Shown here in pieces: positions 13,641-26,000 of a stretch of DNA of 64,000 nt (positions are counted from its first letter, which is position 1; every line of letters starts with the position of its first letter). Under the pieces are notes generated by a model. That model had not been told where the DNA came from, did no database searches, and saw only the letters and a list, made by a program, of their open reading frames with translations. Both the position numbers and the translations under genes were made by a program. The stretch is from assembly GCF_009914755.1 (NCBI RefSeq), contig NC_060931.1; one strand, written 5' to 3'. Source of the stretch: the human T2T-CHM13v2.0 reference genome, Homo sapiens.

Positions 13641-13801
13641 TAGGTTTATCAGGAAAAATACAGGACATCCAATTAAATTTGATTAGATGATGAATTCTTT
13701 CTAGTAAAAGTATGTTCCAAAGTTCTACAAAAGGTATAGTTACTTGAAATTCAAATGTAACTGGGAATCCTGTGTTTTTCTGTACTAAATCTGGCAACTT
13801 T
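13641..13801. mobile_element. MER53 palindromic hAT-type MITE, internally deleted
   Basis: AAAATACAGGACATCCAATTAAATTTGA...TCAAATGTAACTGGGAATCCTGTGTTTTT...CTAAATCTGGCAAC matches the recalled MER53 inverted arms. Confidence 0.75.
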
Positions 13802-15651
13802 CATTTATGAGATAGTATTATATCATTTATATGGATTTTACATTATTTCTGATAAATTTTAAAATTCAATATTGTTGCAGAAATTGGGGAGGGGGAGAAT
13901 GCTACATCACTAAACACTAGCTTTGAAATTAAGTCAGGAACATGATCTTAAAGGAATGACATCAAAATTGCAAACAGCCCCAGTCCTTAGAAAATGTAAT
14001 TACCCAGAAAGGCCAAGGTGTATTTCTGTTTTTCAAAACTGGAGTAACTCTTTAGTTAAATGCATTATATGTTTCGATGGTTACTTCCAATTTTACATAT
14101 AGAAGAATTATTGGGCATTGTTCATTTAATTTCTCATTTTGAAACATACTAAGGCAATATCAAAATGGCTGCATTGGTAATTTAGTAATTTATTAACTTT
14201 CGAGAACATTCATAAGAGGGAAACATGGCTGTAATATCTGCCATCCCACTGATCACCTAAGCTGATTTCTGTGAACTGATCAGCCAGGCAGTAACATTCA
14301 AAGTAGATTGTGCAATCCTTCTAAACTTGCACACTAGATCAAATGAAATTACTTTCAGACAGGCACTATTCTTAATGTCAAAGGTATATGAAAGGCTGAG
14401 ACCTTGGCAAAACCTACAAACTCAGCATTTTAAGTGATCCTTAAATAACTGTTTTCCTTTTTGAAGTTTTCTTGCCACCAGTTACTCTGTTGAGATGACC
14501 AGGAGCCTAGCTCTCTCAGGAATTAATGAGGAATTAAAACTGAGATAAAAAAATCTGGACACTAAAAGCAAACTAGTTATATATAAACAAAACAGGAAAC
14601 TTGAAAGAACTAGGTGGCAGATTATATATTATTAATAAAATATTTTTTAGATATTATTTCTAATAAGTTTAATCATTACAAACTCAAATTCAAATTTCCA
14701 TTAAGTAGAAGGCAAATGCCCAATTGCACAATCTAAAGTTGCTCATGGAAACATTTTTCTCCAGTCTTCATTTAAAAGACCCTTGGATCTAAAGTGGTAT
14801 CTAAAATTGACAAATTATGTAATAGAATCTCTAACTATATAATATAAATTTATTTGTGACAATCATCATGACTACAAATTCCAATGCCTTAAAGCTTTTA
14901 ACTATAGCTTCGTATGACTACTTCTTGATGTTTAATTGACCAGTCATTGATTTATAACTGGATTATGTATAGGGATAAAGAAAATTGTTTTAAAATGTTC
15001 TGATGAAAAGTTGTCAAATTCCTCCCTCCACCAACCAAACCTTACCAAGCATCATTGTTCTAAGATATACAATTCTACCCTTAGAGCAAACTATAAAAAA
15101 AAAACACCCATTGAACAGCACAGTTAAAAATAAATATTTCAATGATAATAGTTTTAAAGAAAAACACTTAGGAGGAAGAAAAAGATAACTGTTGCAGAGC
15201 TTGTAATCCTGTAATTAAGCATTAAATCTTGTGTTAAGCTTCTTGACAGACTGGGAGAAAAGGAAATCATGATCACTAGCATGATTCTCTGTATGTGATG
15301 AAAAGGATAAATGAGATTTTTTGCCATGAGCAATAAGCTTCTGCTTATAACCAAAGCCTGTAGGACCGTGAAAAACATAATGTGTGTAGTTCTCAACAAA
15401 CAGAAAAAGATGCTTCACATAACGTCTGTGTGTCTCACCCTGCCCCATATATCTGCATATGTAATGATTATCTATATTTGTATAAAAAGCAGACAATAGT
15501 CTAATATCACTTTTAATTTTTTAAATATTTGTCAGCAGAACGCTCAAATGCTTCAAGAAGTATGTGAGTTTTGTACGTGTACAGAGAACAAAGAACCTGA
15601 GATAACTGGCACTCAATTTTCCTTCCATTAGTAGAAAGGTATGGTATGTAC

Positions 15652-15851
15652 TGTTCTCACTCCTAAGTGGGAGTTGAACACATGGACACAGGAAGGGGAA
15701 CAACACACACCAGGGCCTGTTGTGTGGTGGGGGACAAGGGGAGGGAACTTAGAGGACTGGTCAATAGGTGCAGCAAACCACTATGACACATGTATACCTA
15801 AGTAAAAAACCTACGCATTCTTTACATGTATCCTTGAGCTTAAATTTAAAA
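15652..15851 (+). mobile_element. L1PA 3'-UTR fragment, 5'-truncated (~200 bp)
   Basis: TGTTCTCACTCCTAAGTGGGAGTTGAACA...GGTGCAGCAAACCAC; TSD AAAGGTATGGTATGTAC / AAAGATATGGTATGCAC. Confidence 0.9.
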
Positions 15852-16105
15852 AAAGATATGGTATGCACACAAAAAATACATGCTCACGTAAATATTGAAG
15901 AAGAGTATTGTACTGAAATTAAAGAGGTATAAAATTTGATTCAGAAACTGAATGCCATATTCTGTTTTCAGATTGTATAAATCTTTGCCTTTTATAAAAA
16001 ATGAACACTAGTTGGTTTTTGTAGAGTCATTTCTAGTAAAACAAGGTATAAGCAATAATGATAATGTGGTATCTATCCATTTATTGATTCAATATGAAAA
16101 CTATC

Positions 16106-16529
16106 TGATATGGTTTGGATCTACGTCCCCACCCAAGTCTCATGTCAAATTGTAATCCTCAGTGTTGGAGATGGGGCCTGGTGAGAGGTGACTGGATCAT
16201 GGGGCAGTTTCTTATGAATGGTTCAGCACCATCTCCTTGGTGCTGTACTCATGAGAGTGAGTTCTCAGGAGAACTGGTTGTGTAAAGTGTGTGGCACCTC
16301 CCTCCTCCCCTTTCTGTCTTGCTCCTGCTCCCACCACAGGAGATGCCTTGCTCCCCCTTGCCTTCTGCCGTGATAGTAACTTTCCAGAGGTCTCCCTAGA
16401 AACCAAACAGATGTCAGCATTATGCTTGCTGTACAGCCTATGGAACCATAAGCCAGTTAAACCTATTTTCTTTTTAAATTATCCAGTATCAGGTATTTCT
16501 TTATAGCAATGCAAGAACCGACTAATAGA
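16106..16529 (+). mobile_element. MaLR solo LTR (MSTA-like)
   Basis: TGATATGGTTTGGATCT...CCCCACCCAAGTCTCATG start and ...TCAGGTATTTCTTTATAGCAATGCAAGAACCGACTAATAG end. Confidence 0.9.
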
Positions 16530-16569
16530 CCATTTCATACAGTACTCACCACAAATATTAAAAAGATAT

Positions 16570-16700
16570 ACATTATTACAATTTGCAGATGAGGAAACTG
16601 ATGTTCAGGTAGGTAAGCCAATGTCTCAAAGTAAGTATGTACCAAAAAAGAAATCTGAATCCAGGTCTATCAACCACAAATGCTCAAGTTACTTCCTCTA
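16570..16700 (-). mobile_element. MIR fragment
   Basis: ATTTGCAGATGAGGAAACTGA core on the reverse strand. Confidence 0.7.
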
Positions 16701-19223
16701 GAGCAAATTTACATTTTCATTTACTAATATAACACTACAAATATACCATACATTTTTTTGTGTAAATAAATATATTTATAAACAAGCATATCTAACTATA
16801 AGAATAATAAATCCTAACTCTCTCAACTTCTGTATGAAAAGGTTCCCTCCTGGAGCTTCCCAGGTGGTATTTTTTGCTATTAGCAAACAGAAAATTGGTT
16901 CATCAAAGCTAGATTTGACTCTAAAGTGGTCTCTGCTTCCGCAAATCTCCCTGCTACTAGCCAACCAAAGCATAATGCTGATGACATTTTAAAAAATGAC
17001 AAAGAGTGAAAAGGTGCAGAATATAAGATGTCATCAGCATGAAGAAAGAGTATAAAAATTACTGTCTTAATTACTGTGTATTTTGCAAAGAGCAGCTGAA
17101 ACAGACAACTACAAGTTGAGGAAAAACACAGTCAAGTAGTCAGTAAAATAATACTAAGAAATATATCCTGCATACTAGTCAATGTATTCACTTTGATACT
17201 TTTAATAGTCACACATTGATATTTTTACTTACCCTCTCACCTAATTCTTGTAACACTCAATTTACTAAAAATTAAAAAGTGGGTTTAGAATTACAAATGA
17301 ATTTTTATATCACCATAAGATTTGGTGTTAGCATATAAGGTCTAAAATATTTGTACCTGAAATGTAATTACATAATATTTAATGGCATACTTTTAAAAAA
17401 TAATTTTAAATGAAATATGTTGGTATACCATGTGATTAACTTAATTTTCCATGCTTTTACTTTAATTCAGAAAATCTTGCTTTTAAATTTAGTTACAATC
17501 AGTGTCATCATGGCTATTTAGTTACTTGTTTTGTTGACTTCTCTTTACTCTAGCTTTCTATTTACTTTTGGTATCAGTTATCCCAGCAGGAAGCCCTTTA
17601 TAACCCAGCTGTGGGCCACAAATACGGCTCCAAGGGAGCCTGAAAGCAGTTAAACTACTGCTATAGATCAGTCTTTTCCAAGGGAGAACGTGATAAATCA
17701 ATCTTGAAGCAACTCAAATAGTTCTCTCTGTGTAATCAACTTTTGCTCTACATTCGCAAGTAATATATTGTTAGTCCACTTATTTTTAAAAAAGAAAATT
17801 ATATATCCTCCCCATTTTATTTGACTGTATATCTTTAAAAGTATATAAATAAGAACTATAATTTTAGTATAATAGTAAATAAATTTATTTTCTTTTAATA
17901 AAAGAGAGATCAATGTGCATAATATCAAGTATAATCAAGATATTAAACGTTTTTTTAAATCTTTTTCTTTGTGAACACGTAAATTGAAATGAAAAGCTGA
18001 GTAGATTTAACTTTTTCTTGAGTTAAATGTGGTTGAACTTTTTCTCAAAGGCCCCTGTTTATAAATGCATTATTAATCTGTCATGAAAGTTGCTTAAATG
18101 TTTTAGTTTCCACATTACCAAACTGACTAGCATCAACATAATTAAGTAAATTTCCTATCAAACCACACAATAGATGTTTTATATTCTTTGAAATAAAAAT
18201 ATTTTGATGAATTTAATTTGCTCAACAAGTAGCCTTGAATCTTACATCTTCTAAAGGAATGTAAAGCTGTTGGAGGATACGGCTCCATGGCTCTCTCAGC
18301 CATAGCTATGAATTATGGTACAATTGCCTGTCTTTCTAAATTCACAAAGCTTGCAACATGGCCAAGCAATGCTTTTGTAGCTAGACCTTGGCTTTTCTTG
18401 TCATGCTGTTTTTACTGTGAGTCAACAGAGCATGGCTCAAGATAATTTATAATCATCAATGAAATATCCTTGACATTTTCAGAATACTGTGAAAAGAAAC
18501 AAAATCAAGTAGGCCATATAAAGCCCCTACACCATAGAATCCCATGATCTAAATTTCTACAATGTTCTCTTCATGCTTATCCTGTGGACAGTTTGATGAA
18601 AATGGCTTATAATGTGATTTTATTGATATGTGGATCAAAATTATTCATGTCTTTTTCCACCATATCCATGTATTCCACCATTTCCCATTGCCACCACAAA
18701 TAAAGACTTGTGAGACAGAAGAAACTTCGAGGATTAAAATCCAGGTTATTAAATTTATGAATCAGAACGTCAGAGAAAACCTTGTAAAAATAGAGACAAT
18801 TCTGGGAAGCCTCAGGATCAACATCTATGATACTAAAATAACAGAAACACCAATACTCTTTGTCAGGTCATTCCATTCCCTCCTAGCCAAAGAAGCAGGC
18901 TTATGTTATCTTGAATATATGATCTAGTCATTTTCAGCATAGGACTTTGAAAAAAGAATTTAGCAATAGGGCCACACAGATAGTTTAAATTTATTACAAC
19001 TTTCATTCTGTAATCTACCCTCTCCTGAGTGTAACTAATGCTCTTTGTTTCAAAACCCAAAATGCTCAGAACATAAATACCTCAGATTTTCAAATAAAAG
19101 TATGAAAAGATAAAATGTATTAGATTTCACCAATTGTTGAGTTCTAAGGTAACAAACTCCAACATTTATAGAAACACTAAGATTGCAGTAATGATTTCAG
19201 GACATTTCTAGAGCTTAAAAGTC

Positions 19224-19341
19224 ATGCTGAATAAACATATATGTTTACATATATATATTCAGCATAGCTGAATATATATACACATACAAATGTTTACATA
19301 TGAAAACATGTTTTCAGCATGCTGAATATATGTAAACATAT
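19224..19341. repeat. Nested short palindrome cluster
   Basis: Palindromes TAAACATATATGTTTA, TATATATATTCAGC-ata-GCTGAATATATATA, TGAAAACATGTTTTCA and TTCAGCATGCTGAA. Confidence 0.85.
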
Positions 19342-19924
19342 CTATTTTGATAAACTGGATATTTATCAGAATGAATAAATTGGATATTCATTTGAGAAAT
19401 TATATTCTTGCTTTGTACAAACATATGTAAACTATATATATAATGTTTATAATATATGTTTCCATATATTTGCATAAAGCAAGAATACAATTTATCAAAA
19501 TGGATATTTTTATTCTGTACTGCCCTCCTTACTTAATAGTTCATATGTATTCACTTTGCAAAGCTTTAAAATTATGTTCCAATAGGGAATTAGCACTTTT
19601 GCTAACACAATCAGTCTCAATGAAATGTATTGGCAATGTGTATGTGAAATGTGTTTGATAATGACAGGTTGCTATATACCTTGCAGATTCCACTACAAAG
19701 CAAACAGGGGAAATGGAAACCAAGTTAAAAAAAAAAGAAAGTAAATTTGATTGCCAATAAAAGTTGAGTTATGTTTGTTTAGCTCACATGGGAATATCAG
19801 TTTGTAAACAATGTGACATTACTCATTGTCCTTTATTTAAGCCTGAGTCTACTCAAAAGCCTCAGTGAAGTCTTAGGTGAATAATTTCAATTAAGTATCA
19901 AAATAACTTGTGCTACTGGAAACA

Positions 19925-20000
19925 ATATTAGTCCTATTTTATTGATGAGGAAACTGTGGCTTAGAGGTTAAATAATTGGCTGAAAGTTACACAATGGAAA
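19925..20000 (-). mobile_element. MIR fragment
   Basis: CCTATTTTATTGATGAGGAAACTGTGGCTTAGAGGTTAAATAATT. Confidence 0.7.
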
Positions 20001-20869
20001 AATGACTAAATTTCTGTCATCTTGGCTGGAGGTCCTACTTATTAGAATATGTTACTTCTACACATGATAGTTTTGATACTTACTTCATGGCTCAAAAAAT
20101 AAGATAGACTTTATGTTAAACAGCAAATATCCTATTTAATAGAGTCAGATGCACAGTAAATTCTATGTTGTATAATCAATATATCTCATGTGCAAATGGT
20201 AACTTTAGGGTATCTGTTTAAATATCAGAGTATTTTCTGCTCTCTGTATTGCTGTACTGGTTTACATCATATTTTCTTTTCTTCATATTTTCTAATAACT
20301 TAAGACCAGAATTTAGAATAGCTAGCAGGTATCTAGGGGATAATCAGATGCTGCATATATTTTCAGGAACACTTATGTTGACATTGCCTATTTTGGCTTT
20401 GAAGTACAAGCTAATTGTACTACCTGCAGCTTTCTACTTTTTCCTAATAACTTCTAGCTAAAAGTATAAAACAAAATAAATCCCAGTAAGAAAGCAAAAA
20501 TGGTAATCATCAAATTGCAAGACAAACCATGACTTAATCCTTTTTACCCTAAGTCTTATCAACTGCTTGAATGCTAAAAAAACTGACTGGAATGTTTGAA
20601 AGGAAGCACACTTTGTAAGATATTTGAGACTATTCATCAAGTTTCCAAGCTACCTCAGCATCTTCTCCTTTTAATCTTCCCTATATTCCATCAAATCACT
20701 AGCTTATTCAGAGATTCAGGAATCCGTCCATATCCATATTTTTCAAAAGGTGAAAGAAGAAAAACTAACCAAACACATGAGATCCTAAAATAAAAGGAAT
20801 AATACCCATTATTCTTCAGTCTCAGATAAATTACAGATCTGTTCTTCAAAATGGTGATGAGAGATCTCC

Positions 20870-21700
20870 CCAAAAAGTGAAAGAAAATAAAAGATAAAGG
20901 GGTTCAGAATCTGATGTTATGAACCGATATAAGTTGACAAGGAAGTTGCCAGAAAACAGAGAAAAAAATCAGGTGAAAATAAGAATGGAGAAGAAAGACA
21001 TGTACACAGCCAAAGCACAGATGCATATGAAAAGGACATTATTAGTGACAGGCTTTAGGAAATCATGCAAAATGAAATGTTAAAAAAAAGACTGTAATAA
21101 AGAGAAAATACCAGTTATAGAAAACAGAAAATGTAGCTCAATTAACGTGATGTTCCTGATGAAGAGAGAACATACACACACTCTCAAAAATATGCAGAAA
21201 CATTATATCTCTGAAATAAAATTAAAACTTTAATATAAAGACACCAAACAATCAAAAATAAGATGTACAAGATGTATTATTCCTACTTCAATCTCAAGAA
21301 TGAAGAATGTATCATTCGGAAACCAGTGGGAAAAAAATCAGTTCAATATAGGAGGAGTCTATGAACTGGAAACAGACTGATTTCAGACTTCCTACTAGCC
21401 TCTATGAATGACAAAAGACAGTGAAGCAATGTCCCAAAATTTTGAGGAAAATAATACATAATTAGCCAGGGCAACCTTCAAGTCCAAAATGAAAAGGCCA
21501 GATATTCTTAATCATACAACAACTCAGATTAGAGCATTCTACCACCTCCTTGGTCAACATACTTAACAAAATCCAATCAAATTATGAAATTAAAAAGAAA
21601 AAAATTAAAAAAGAAATAAAGTAATGAAGGGGCTATCATAAAAGTATTGCTGATAAAATTTAATCCATCAAAATATAAAATCAGTATTAAATACTGTCAG
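20870..21700 (+). mobile_element. Ancient L1M/HAL1-like ORF1-region remnant
   Basis: A-rich; CAGACTGATTTCAGACTTC...AAAAGACAGTGAAGCAATG...AAAATTTTGAGGAAAA...CCAGGGCAACCTTCAAG resembles the 3' part of old L1 ORF1. Boundaries approximate. Confidence 0.5.
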
Positions 21701-21790
21701 AATTTTTATTATTATAGAACATAAGACAAACCTTAATGTAAAAGTAATAATTTAATAAGATTTGGGAGATATGTGGAAGGTGAGAAGAAA

Positions 21791-22021
21791 TGCTCCATTA
21801 CCTAGGCTGGAGTGCTGTAGCACAATCACTGCTCACGCCTCCCAAGTAGCTGGGACTACAGGTGTGTGCCACCATGCCCAGATAATTTTTTAATTGTAGA
21901 CCTTGTAGAGACAAGGTCTCCTTACGTGGCCCAGGCTAATCTTGAAATCCTGGGCTCAAGTGATCCTCATGCCTTGGCCTCCCAAGTGCTGGGATTATGG
22001 GCAGAAGCCACCACACCTGGC
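21791..22021 (-). mobile_element. AluJ-like, internally deleted and lacking its tail
   Basis: CCTGGGCTCAAGTGATCCTC and AGACAAGGTCTC are J-type; part of the right arm is missing. Confidence 0.85.
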
Positions 22022-22134
22022 ATTTTCTACTATTTTATAAAATTGTTTCTTAATTCCAAGAAAAAAATCTCATCATTCTCTTCTATTTAACTGACTAAAA
22101 ATCTTATTTGCCTATGTGTATGCTGGGTCACTAT

Positions 22135-22600
22135 TGTAGGGAAAAAATATCTTTTCATCCCATTTTAGGTTCCATAGCTGAGACTCCTATAATAAGAGTT
22201 TAACAATAGAAAAGCTATACATTTACTTAATATATGTTTTATGTGACACGAGAGCCTTCATAAGGAAATGAAGACCCAAAGAAACAGGGCACCTTGTGTA
22301 TTTTTTATGCTAGGTTTGATGGGCAAGTAGATAGTTGTGGAAAAGTCTGATTGGATTAAAAAAGCTTCATCTGATGGAGATAAGCTGGGGGAAACTCAGC
22401 AAGACCTGTTTGTTGAGATTTTTCTTTGTATCCCTGTATCTTCAGAGATGAGGATGTTCCTTTCCTTCCTTTCTCTGAGGGTTTTATGGCTTCAGGAAAG
22501 AAAGACATGAGGGAAGGTCAAAGAGACCTCCCTGCCCCCATGGTTTTCTTTGATTCCTTCAGCTTAAAATATTTTGGGGTAGCATGTACTGAACCTCATT
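22135..22600 (-). mobile_element. ERV1 solo LTR (MER34/MER39-like)
   Basis: Ends ...CCTTCAGCTTAAAATATTTTGGGGTAGCATGTACTGAACC, the reverse complement of a MER34-like start; begins TGTAGGGAAAAAATA. Confidence 0.65.
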
Positions 22601-22689
22601 ATTAGAATTCTATAAAACAATTTTGTGGATACCAAAGAATAGTGGAGTGGATTCCGATTCATAATTTGATTAATAATCTCAAGATTATG

Positions 22690-23760
22690 CTGCCTGCAGG
22701 ATATGAATGTTTTCTGGGGAAAAATGTTGTTAGTGGAGATGAAGAGAAATGAATGCTTGCTTGGTAAATTTTGGAGTTGGAATTGACAAAATTTGCAGAT
22801 TAACTACATGTGGAGTTATGGCAGAGAAAGGAATTAAGATTACTCCTGAATTTGAGCTATATTAACTGGAGGAGAAAGTGATCCTTTGAGATGCAAAACT
22901 TAACAGAAGATCAGGATGCTGATGGAGAAAAGTAATAGAAATAATAGTTCACTTGCGAATGTTAGTCTTGACATGCCAGTGAGACAGGTAAATGAAAACA
23001 GCAAGCATGTCATCGGATAAATGAGCCTAAAGCTCAGAAAAGAGGTTTGGGTGTTATTACATGTAAATCCAACAATATGGATCAAGTGTCCTTGGAGGAA
23101 TATGGGCATTAAAGATGAGAGGGCAAAGACTGTGCCCTAAATTTAGACAACATTAAAGACACAGAGGTACTGTAAAGGAAAAGGTACCAATAAAGACTGA
23201 AAAGGAATGGGTAGTGAAAAGTAGGAAATCAGGGAAAGTGAGGTTTCCTGATAACTAAAGAAGTGTTTGAAGAAAGGAAATACAGTAAGTGGTGCACTAA
23301 AATGATGAAAAGACATGAAGTGTGAAGATAAATAGAACATGCTCATTCGATTTGATGACATAGAGGTAGTTGTTAACTACAAAGAAGAGCTTCACCATAG
23401 ATGAAATTTAAAGTCAAATTGGAGTGGGCTGGCCAGTGAGTAAAGGTGAAAATGTGAAAAATGCAGAGGTCCACATAACTTTTGGAGGTTTGCAGTATAA
23501 AACAGCAAAGAAATGTGGCAGAGCTAGAAGGGGTAATAGACTTTTTTTTTTCTTTAATGTTGGAAGATACTGGAGCTAGTATGTATGTGGATGAAAAGAT
23601 AAAGTGAAAAAACTTTTTGATTAACGAAAGAGAAGATAGCATAAGAAAGAAATCCACGGCTAGGCTGGTTTGGAAGGTTGTAAGTTGATGAGACTATCCA
23701 CAGAAGGCATGAGCTTTAAAGGAGGAGGTCATTTTGCACAGCAGGGGAGAGCTGGTCATT
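22690..23760 (-). mobile_element. L2 (LINE2) internal fragment
   Basis: Purine-rich L2 reverse-strand motifs (GTGGAGATGAAGAGAAATG, TTGACATGCCAGTGAGACA, AAGCTCAGAAAAGAGGTTTGGG). Boundaries approximate. Confidence 0.7.
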
Positions 23761-25679
23761 CCTTTCAATTCCTATAGCATTTCTTTAATATGTAAACAAA
23801 TCCAGTACAGACATCCAGCTACAAACTTCTTAAGAACTTGAAGAAAAATGTAGATGAATATTCTTTAGTATTTCTTCTTTTTTAAGAGACTTTAAGTTTA
23901 AATGACAGATCTCTCAAAAGCATCTTCTTTCTACTTAGAGACATCTTTTCTGACTAAGCTTCTGGTTGCAATATCCACTCTCTCAACCCCAATCCAGACC
24001 CTTTTCAGTACTCTGGACAAATATTATCTCTCCATTGAAACCAGTCTACTAAGCCCTCAGTCCCCGGGGTCAGCTTTCCTGGGTAGCTCCCAATGTCAAA
24101 ATGTATTCCACTAGTGACTGCACCCCATGCCTATATTAATCATCTGTGCCTTGTACTTTGCTTCCTTATTTTAAAGCTTCAATTTTCACTGTAGTGTCAG
24201 CCCTTTAGGAAGAAAACTCTCAGGCCAGGCCTTCGAGTCCTGGAACATTTCCTCTTTCCCACAGTAATATTAACATAGCCATTAATATATCTATAACTCC
24301 ACCAAATTGAAATTATTCCAGCATCTGATGTTATTCTTCATACAAAAATTATCTCTGGGAATACAGTGATTTCCCTAGGGTTCTGTTCTGAAGGATTGAC
24401 AATAAATGGAAATATATATTAGTCTCCACATTTTCCAACTTCTTTGAAGAAATACATCTGAAGGGAGATAGTACCTCTATATTAAAATTATCATTTTTAA
24501 AGACTTTCCAAAATTTTAGGCATATTTGTATAAATTATCTCATTTAATTTAAAAACAACTTTTTGGAGACATGAAAGTATATAGCAATAGGTCCCCTCTA
24601 GGCTAAACCTGAATGATAACAATATATGTTTGGAGATGGCAAGTTATCAGGAATGTCTTTTCATGCATTCAGTTCCTGGAGGTCAATTGATTATCATTTC
24701 CTAAAGAAGGAGAAATACATGGACAAGAATGCATACAGACATTGAGAAGATGAGGGTAAAGTAAGAAATAAAGACACACAAAGAAAGGCACTTCTGCCTT
24801 TAGAGAGAGAATGATTAAATAAATGATGAATGAGCCGTTTTCTTCAGAACTTTGTGACACAGGTAGTATGAGAAAGAGCTTCAGGTCTCTTATTAAAAAC
24901 CTTTTGGGTTGGAAATAGGGGCACTCACCCCATTTTTGCATAGAGCACATTGAATCCAGCTCAAAGACTTCACACTTTGGGATGTTGCAATGGCAAACAT
25001 AGTACAACAGTAATAGGAGCTGGCAGATGCTCACTAGACTAGGCAAATATCCATCAAGAGACTGTGCCAACTTGCTTGTGAACACCTGAGACAAACCCTG
25101 GGGTTTCTAGAAATATCCTCCTTGGAAGAGAGATAGTACTCATAGAAGCAGAGAAAGACAATTATCAAGCATCTTGCAGTAATAATTATGCTGCTGGAGA
25201 TCACAGAGCCAAGAGTTTTTAGATTAAAAAAATTAATATTCAAATAGGCTATTATTTTGCTAAAAGTGCACAGCAAGTTGTTGGCAGACCTAAAATCTGA
25301 AGTAGATTTGCACAACTCCAAGACTGAGGCGCCATGACTATACCAAAGCTGTGTACAGATATATTCAGACATGTAAAAGTGCAGTTCAAATTTTCATTAT
25401 CTCCACAGTAATATTGTCAATAATGCTTACAAGCAAAAACAGATATCCTAATACTACAAGTAATTATTTTTTAATTAAAAAATTGTATATAGGCCACTCT
25501 GGCATATATTGGACTAGACTATGGTTTTCTTAGTAATGCATTAGCCACGGTTTTATCCCCAAGAAGTTTATATTTTAGCAGTTAAAAGTGAAGAAAGGAA
25601 AACTACACAGTGAGCTATACTTGAATTAAACATATATTGGGCATTGGGGAGCATATAAAACAGAAATAACATTGTTAGA

Positions 25680-26000
25680 CAAAAAATCTAACATTGGTTG
25701 ATCAAAAATATGAAGAAATTGGAGAAAGAAGAAATTTCTAGGCAGAGATTATCAAAAGGTCTGAAAGTGAAGAAAAGAATACTGTTCTAGGGAAATGTCC
25801 AGTCATTTACTCTGCTTTGAGCTTAGAATTTCAGGACAGGAGTAATAGCTGCTGGAGAGATTATGCAATACAAAATTTAGGAAAGGCTAGATGGGGCCAG
25901 GTCATAAAGGGCTTAGTATACCCTAAATATATGCTATTAATAAATGGAGAGTCACTGAAGATTTTTGAACAAGGATATGAAATGGATGGAAATACGTATA
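25680..26000 (-). mobile_element. L2 fragment
   Basis: GGGGCCAGGTCATAAAGGGCTT...AATGGAGAGTCACTGAAGATTTTTGAACAAG. Confidence 0.65.

Noticed and set aside
24669-25372. Longest ORFs of the track (141 aa and 112 aa, minus strand)
   Set aside because: No recognisable protein similarity, no match to the CACNA2D1 sequence as I recall it, and no convincing exon boundaries; lengths are compatible with chance.
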